This document shows positions 60,061-64,000 of a DNA stretch of 64,000 nucleotides, piece after piece. Origin of the DNA: Podarcis cretensis (Eukaryota); the NCBI GenBank assembly GCA_951804945.1, contig OX638159.1:24428001-24492000 (forward strand), given 5' to 3'. The position numbers were made by a program, and so were the translations under genes. Numbering within the stretch: the stretch's first letter is position 1; each line of letters begins with the position of its first letter. The notes beneath the pieces were generated by a model. That model saw only the letters and a program-made list of their open reading frames with translations. It did no database searches and was not told the DNA's origin.

Positions 60061-62934
60061 TATTCAGAATTTATATTGGCTATATATAACATGCATTCTA
60101 TTATCCATTAGCAAGCCAAAGGTGATGCATTCCAGACTTAAAGGTATTCTCAGTGTCATTCCTGAAATTCCCTGGCAATAACCAGTCTCAAGCTTCTTCT
60201 TCTTTTTAATGCTTTATACAGAATCAGAACATTTGTTAACATTCCCTGATGATGATGTTGATGATGATGATGATAAGCATTTTGGGGAAAGACTTATGAC
60301 TATTGGGTTATATTTGGTTGCATAGTTCAAATTACGTAACGGATGTGAATCCTGGAAATTTAAGAAACCCACTTCTTCATGGTTCTTTTGATTCCATTAA
60401 TTACAGACCAAGGTCAGAGGTGTTTATTGGCATGCACAAATAGTCTATAACTTTGACATCAATAATTGTTTAATGTCACCAAGGGAGGGGACACCCAACT
60501 CTACAATTCTATGATCAGATGAGCTGACATTGGATTGGATGTTTTAGTCAATACACCCACATGAATTGCTTTTGTTATGACATTTGCTAATCCAATAGTC
60601 CCGTTAATAACTATTGACTTTTTCTTTAAAAAAATGAAAGAAGTCAAGCTTACTTGATCCATAGTTATTCTGTCTGTACTGTACCTGTACATTATTCAGT
60701 GACAAGTGTAAAATAGACCTGGGACACTTTTCTTGCAGTCCGTTTTCTCACTTTAACACCTGTTAGTGAAAACTGAAACATTACTTTATTATTTGTTTGA
60801 TCATTTTATATATGCAGGGCATGTGTTTGTATGTAATGAAAGAACAGCAAGAACAAGCAACAATGACAGAATATTACACCAGAGTCACACTCCCCTGCTT
60901 TAAATCCAGAATGATTACAAGAACTTTGAGCCCTCCCCCGAAATACTGTTAACAGTATTTTTGCCCCATGGCACATGCATTCAAAACTTGGATTCAATCC
61001 CATTGATGAAAAAAAGGAAAACACTTCTTAACATGCAACTAAATGCCCTTGTGCACTATCAACTATTGTCTTTGTAGCTAAGTTCTGTTGTAGTGTTTGG
61101 ATCCACAGTTTGGCCTTGGACTGCCTTCAATCTGTTTAAAACAGGCAGTGTCTGTTACATAATGTTGAAAGTGGTTGTTGTTGTGGTGCAACTGTGAAGG
61201 TTAACTGTTGTGTTCTTGTGAGAAAAGGCACAGTGGGCACAGGACATTATTGTGGCTACGTTTTAGGAGGTACTCCTAAAAGGGAAATGATCAGTGCCAG
61301 TAATATTTTGGAACTAACAATGCAACCTATTTTGATACTTAGTTCCCATCTCCCTCCTAACTGCTGACACCACAGCATGCAACTATCGTGATAGCAATGG
61401 AGATGCTTCCACAGACAGACATCTATGTAGTGCTTGCTTATACCTAATTCAAAAAAGTTTTCTTAATGATAGGGAAACATAAATTTCTTTATTTTTTTCC
61501 AGGAGCAATTAAGGGCAAACACAAAATGCATAGACATGGTGGTCCTGGGATATTTTTTGTTTGCACCGTTTGAGAGGGAGTGGGTGAAGCAGGAATGAGA
61601 AGAACTTTTTGGATTCCCAGCCCGAGCCTTCAGGCAGATTTAAACGGAAGTGATTTTTGTGAGCGTCGCGAAAATTCCTGTAGGTTTGAATTAAGAAATG
61701 CCCAGCAGGAAAAAGTGCGGCCTTAAAATCTGCCACTAGAGGGAGTCTGGGCACTTTCAAACGACTGAAAAGCCCAGAGAAAGCAGAGTAGGGAGCCAAG
61801 CGGATGAAAGACGAGAGAGTATGATGATACTTGGGGTTTTTTTTCTTCTTTTTTGTTCATCTGCTGAAGAAACCACAGCAGATACAGCCACATCATGCTT
61901 GGAAAACATTTCGCCTCAAATTAAAAGCCAGCCGTTTCAAAGGAAGGAAGGCAACCTCAAAGATTCCGGACACCACAATGTGCGTCTCTCTTCCAAAGTT
62001 TCCCCCCCCCTATTCTCTCTTCCCTCCCCCCCCCACTTTTTCAGTTTTAGGACGATGAAAGGTTAACTCAAAGGGGGCTCAGTGGCGCGCCTTCCTCGGA
62101 ACTACCTATTTATGGATTGTTGAAAATCGCCACTGGCGATCACCCCTCAAATGGACATCAGCAGGGTGTGGTTTGGTGCGAAGGCTGATTCGTGTGTCAA
62201 CAGCCCTTTCGTTTGCCTTCTGGAGGAAGGTCACCTGGGCTAGTTTCCCGGTAGCGCAGCGTAAGCAGGGCAGCTGCTGGCGGAGGGCGAGGCGAATGCC
62301 CTTTTAAGAATGAAAAATAGCTCCAGAAGGACCCCTGGCTTCTACTTCTCTCGATCCAAATAAATGTGAGAGGGGGAAAAAGAGGTTTTCAGGTGAATCC
62401 CTTTGCCGCATTCAGCTAAATACTTATCAGAGAGGTCTCTCCGGCTGCGTGGATCTTGCTTTCAATTGCGCTACCCAATTGGGCAACCCCATCTCTCGCT
62501 TATAAGCCCCTTAAATAAACTAATTTAAAGCCGCACCGCCGACCCGTCATTCAGCGGCGCAGAAAAGCATTGGTGGGGGGGGGGGAGAAAGAGAGGATTA
62601 AAAGCGGAACAAAGCAGCTCCGAAGTCTGCTTTCCAGACTGCTAAACTTTCAAAATGTTGATTATACACCGTGTGCGAGATTAGACTTGCAGCCTGTGGC
62701 TAGATCCCCCCTGATCTCGCAACCATCCACCCTCCCTCCAGCAGCTGATGCCGCAACCCCGTCCACTGGAACTGGGGAGGCGCCTTTCGTAACCACTCGC
62801 TCCCCCGATCTCGCAGGCAAGGAAAAGATCTCGCTCCCCCAGCACGATCCTGCGCCGTCTCCCGCGCGGAAACAGTTACCTGCGGCACCGAGGGGGAACC
62901 ACTCCTCGTAATTCAATTAGTCAGGTTTTGCAGA

Positions 62935-63034
62935 AGGCGGGGCTTGCGCGGGGTGTCGTCTCTTTGGAACGCGGGGGCGGGGCGCCGGGGAGAGGCCACG
63001 CCCCTTTCCGAGGCACGGAACCCAATCGCATTGG
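62935..63034. promoter_or_regulatory. GC-box/KLF and CCAAT module
   Basis: GGGGCGGGG (62974-62982), GGCCACGCCCC (62994-63004), CCAAT (63022-63026) and ATTGG (63030-63034). Confidence 0.65.
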
Positions 63035-63474
63035 AGAGAACGCCGGGGAAGAAGGCATCTGTAAGCAAACAGCAGCCTGGGCCGTGACTGGCTGCTCCGG
63101 CTCCCTCCCCCCCCCCCGCCAACCTCGCAAGTAAACTGCATGCAAAAAAAATCCCACATGATCGAGCAGCAGCAGCGCCTTTGCTCCCAGCTAGCCGACT
63201 GCGCCTCTTCCGTGCGCGCGCGGGCGCGCACCCCCGCACCTCCACCAACGGAGGCTCGCTCTCTCGCTCTCTCCAGATTCGTCTCCTGACACCCAGACGC
63301 ATGTGGATGTGTATATATATCTCTCTCCGGACACATCCCGTGTAGGCATCGATGCAGCTGTCTGTTGCGCGCAGGGACCGCCAACCCCGCCGGCCGCCTC
63401 GCTTTGCCTAGGCTGCCGCCGCCGCCGCCGGATTTACACGCGAGGAAGAAGCCGGTCGTTGCAAAAAAAGAAAG

Positions 63475-63492
63475 GGGGCGTGACTATTTAAA
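63475..63492 (+). promoter_or_regulatory. Probable core promoter: KLF/SP site plus TATA-like TATTTAAA
   Basis: ggggcgtg then tatttaaa (63485-63492), followed ~25-30 bp later by a pyrimidine-rich initiator-like tract. Orientation is inferred. Confidence 0.55.
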
Positions 63493-63514
63493 TTGGCCCC
63501 CCCTTGTAAATTCT

Positions 63515-64000
63515 CTCTCTCTCCCCCCTCCTCCTCCTCCTCCTCTCTGGCAGTCTGTTGACTTCTGCTTCTCCAATCCTCGTTGCGTTTCCCGATCCCT
63601 GCTGCTTCTGCGTTCGAGTTCTGCTTCCTTCGCTCGCCGGAGTCGCGAGAGAGACATTTGCCCGCTTCTCACGGCGCTGCTGCTGCTGCTGCTGAGGCCG
63701 GTTGAGAGCAGCTGCCTGCCGGCGGGCCAGACCCCGAAGGTGCCTCCCGCCCGCATGTAGTCGTCGGCGAGGGAGGCTTCTTCCTTCTCTTCCCGCCTCC
63801 TCTTCTCTTTTGCAAAGTTGACGTTCGAGGGGCGACTTGGACCTTGCCCGGCTCCCCGAGACACTGGGCGAAGCTGAAAGGAAGCGAGACCGCCGCCGCC
63901 GCCGCCTCGCCTCGCCTCGCCTGGAGGGGTTGGGAAGAGGGCTCGGGCAACAGCAGCAGCAGCAGCAGCTCCCGCCTTCCGACAGACGAGGCGCCTGCAC
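63515..64000 (+). other. Putative 5'UTR/first exon of an unidentified gene whose CDS lies beyond the window
   Basis: GC-rich leader with CTG, CCG and CAG runs; the only ATG is ATGTAG at 63755-63760. Confidence 0.45.

Larger units (their letters stand above)
62050..64000. promoter_or_regulatory. CpG island
   Basis: Sharp rise in GC and CpG density compared with the CpG-depleted remainder; no interspersed repeats; extends past the window end. Confidence 0.92.

Noticed and set aside
62570-64000. Overlapping 60-170-aa ORFs in the CpG island as coding exons
   Set aside because: Low-complexity Arg/Pro/Ala/Ser products in many frames are expected from stop-poor GC-rich DNA; no known protein recognised, so no gene symbol is given.

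Overview
Vertebrate genomic DNA, almost certainly from a squamate lizard. The repeat set (Sauria SINEs, Squam-type tRNA SINEs, BovB/RTE, CR1, L2, hAT and Tigger-like MITEs) suggests a lacertid. I can support no host protein-coding exon. The only long protein-coding sequence is a young, 5'-truncated, disabled CR1 LINE at 1283-4630 (ORF1 esterase remnant plus ORF2 endonuclease/RT). The rest is repeat-rich non-coding DNA with several repeat-free, motif-dense blocks that look like conserved enhancers. The window ends in a CpG island (about 62050-64000) with a probable + strand TATA promoter and 5' leader of an unidentified gene; the only ATG in that leader is a start-stop (ATGTAG). The most notable observations are: a TSD-flanked ~416-bp insertion with a degenerate type I hammerhead ribozyme (Penelope-like or retrozyme-like); a template-switch inversion that scrambles a Sauria SINE; a long palindrome interrupted by a SINE; nested hAT MITEs; a duplicated BovB 5' junction; a probable Ngaro/DIRS relic; an acidic open frame in an LTR-like segment; and a homotypic TGATTAA cluster. 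Family names come from my recognition of consensus motifs, not from database searches.
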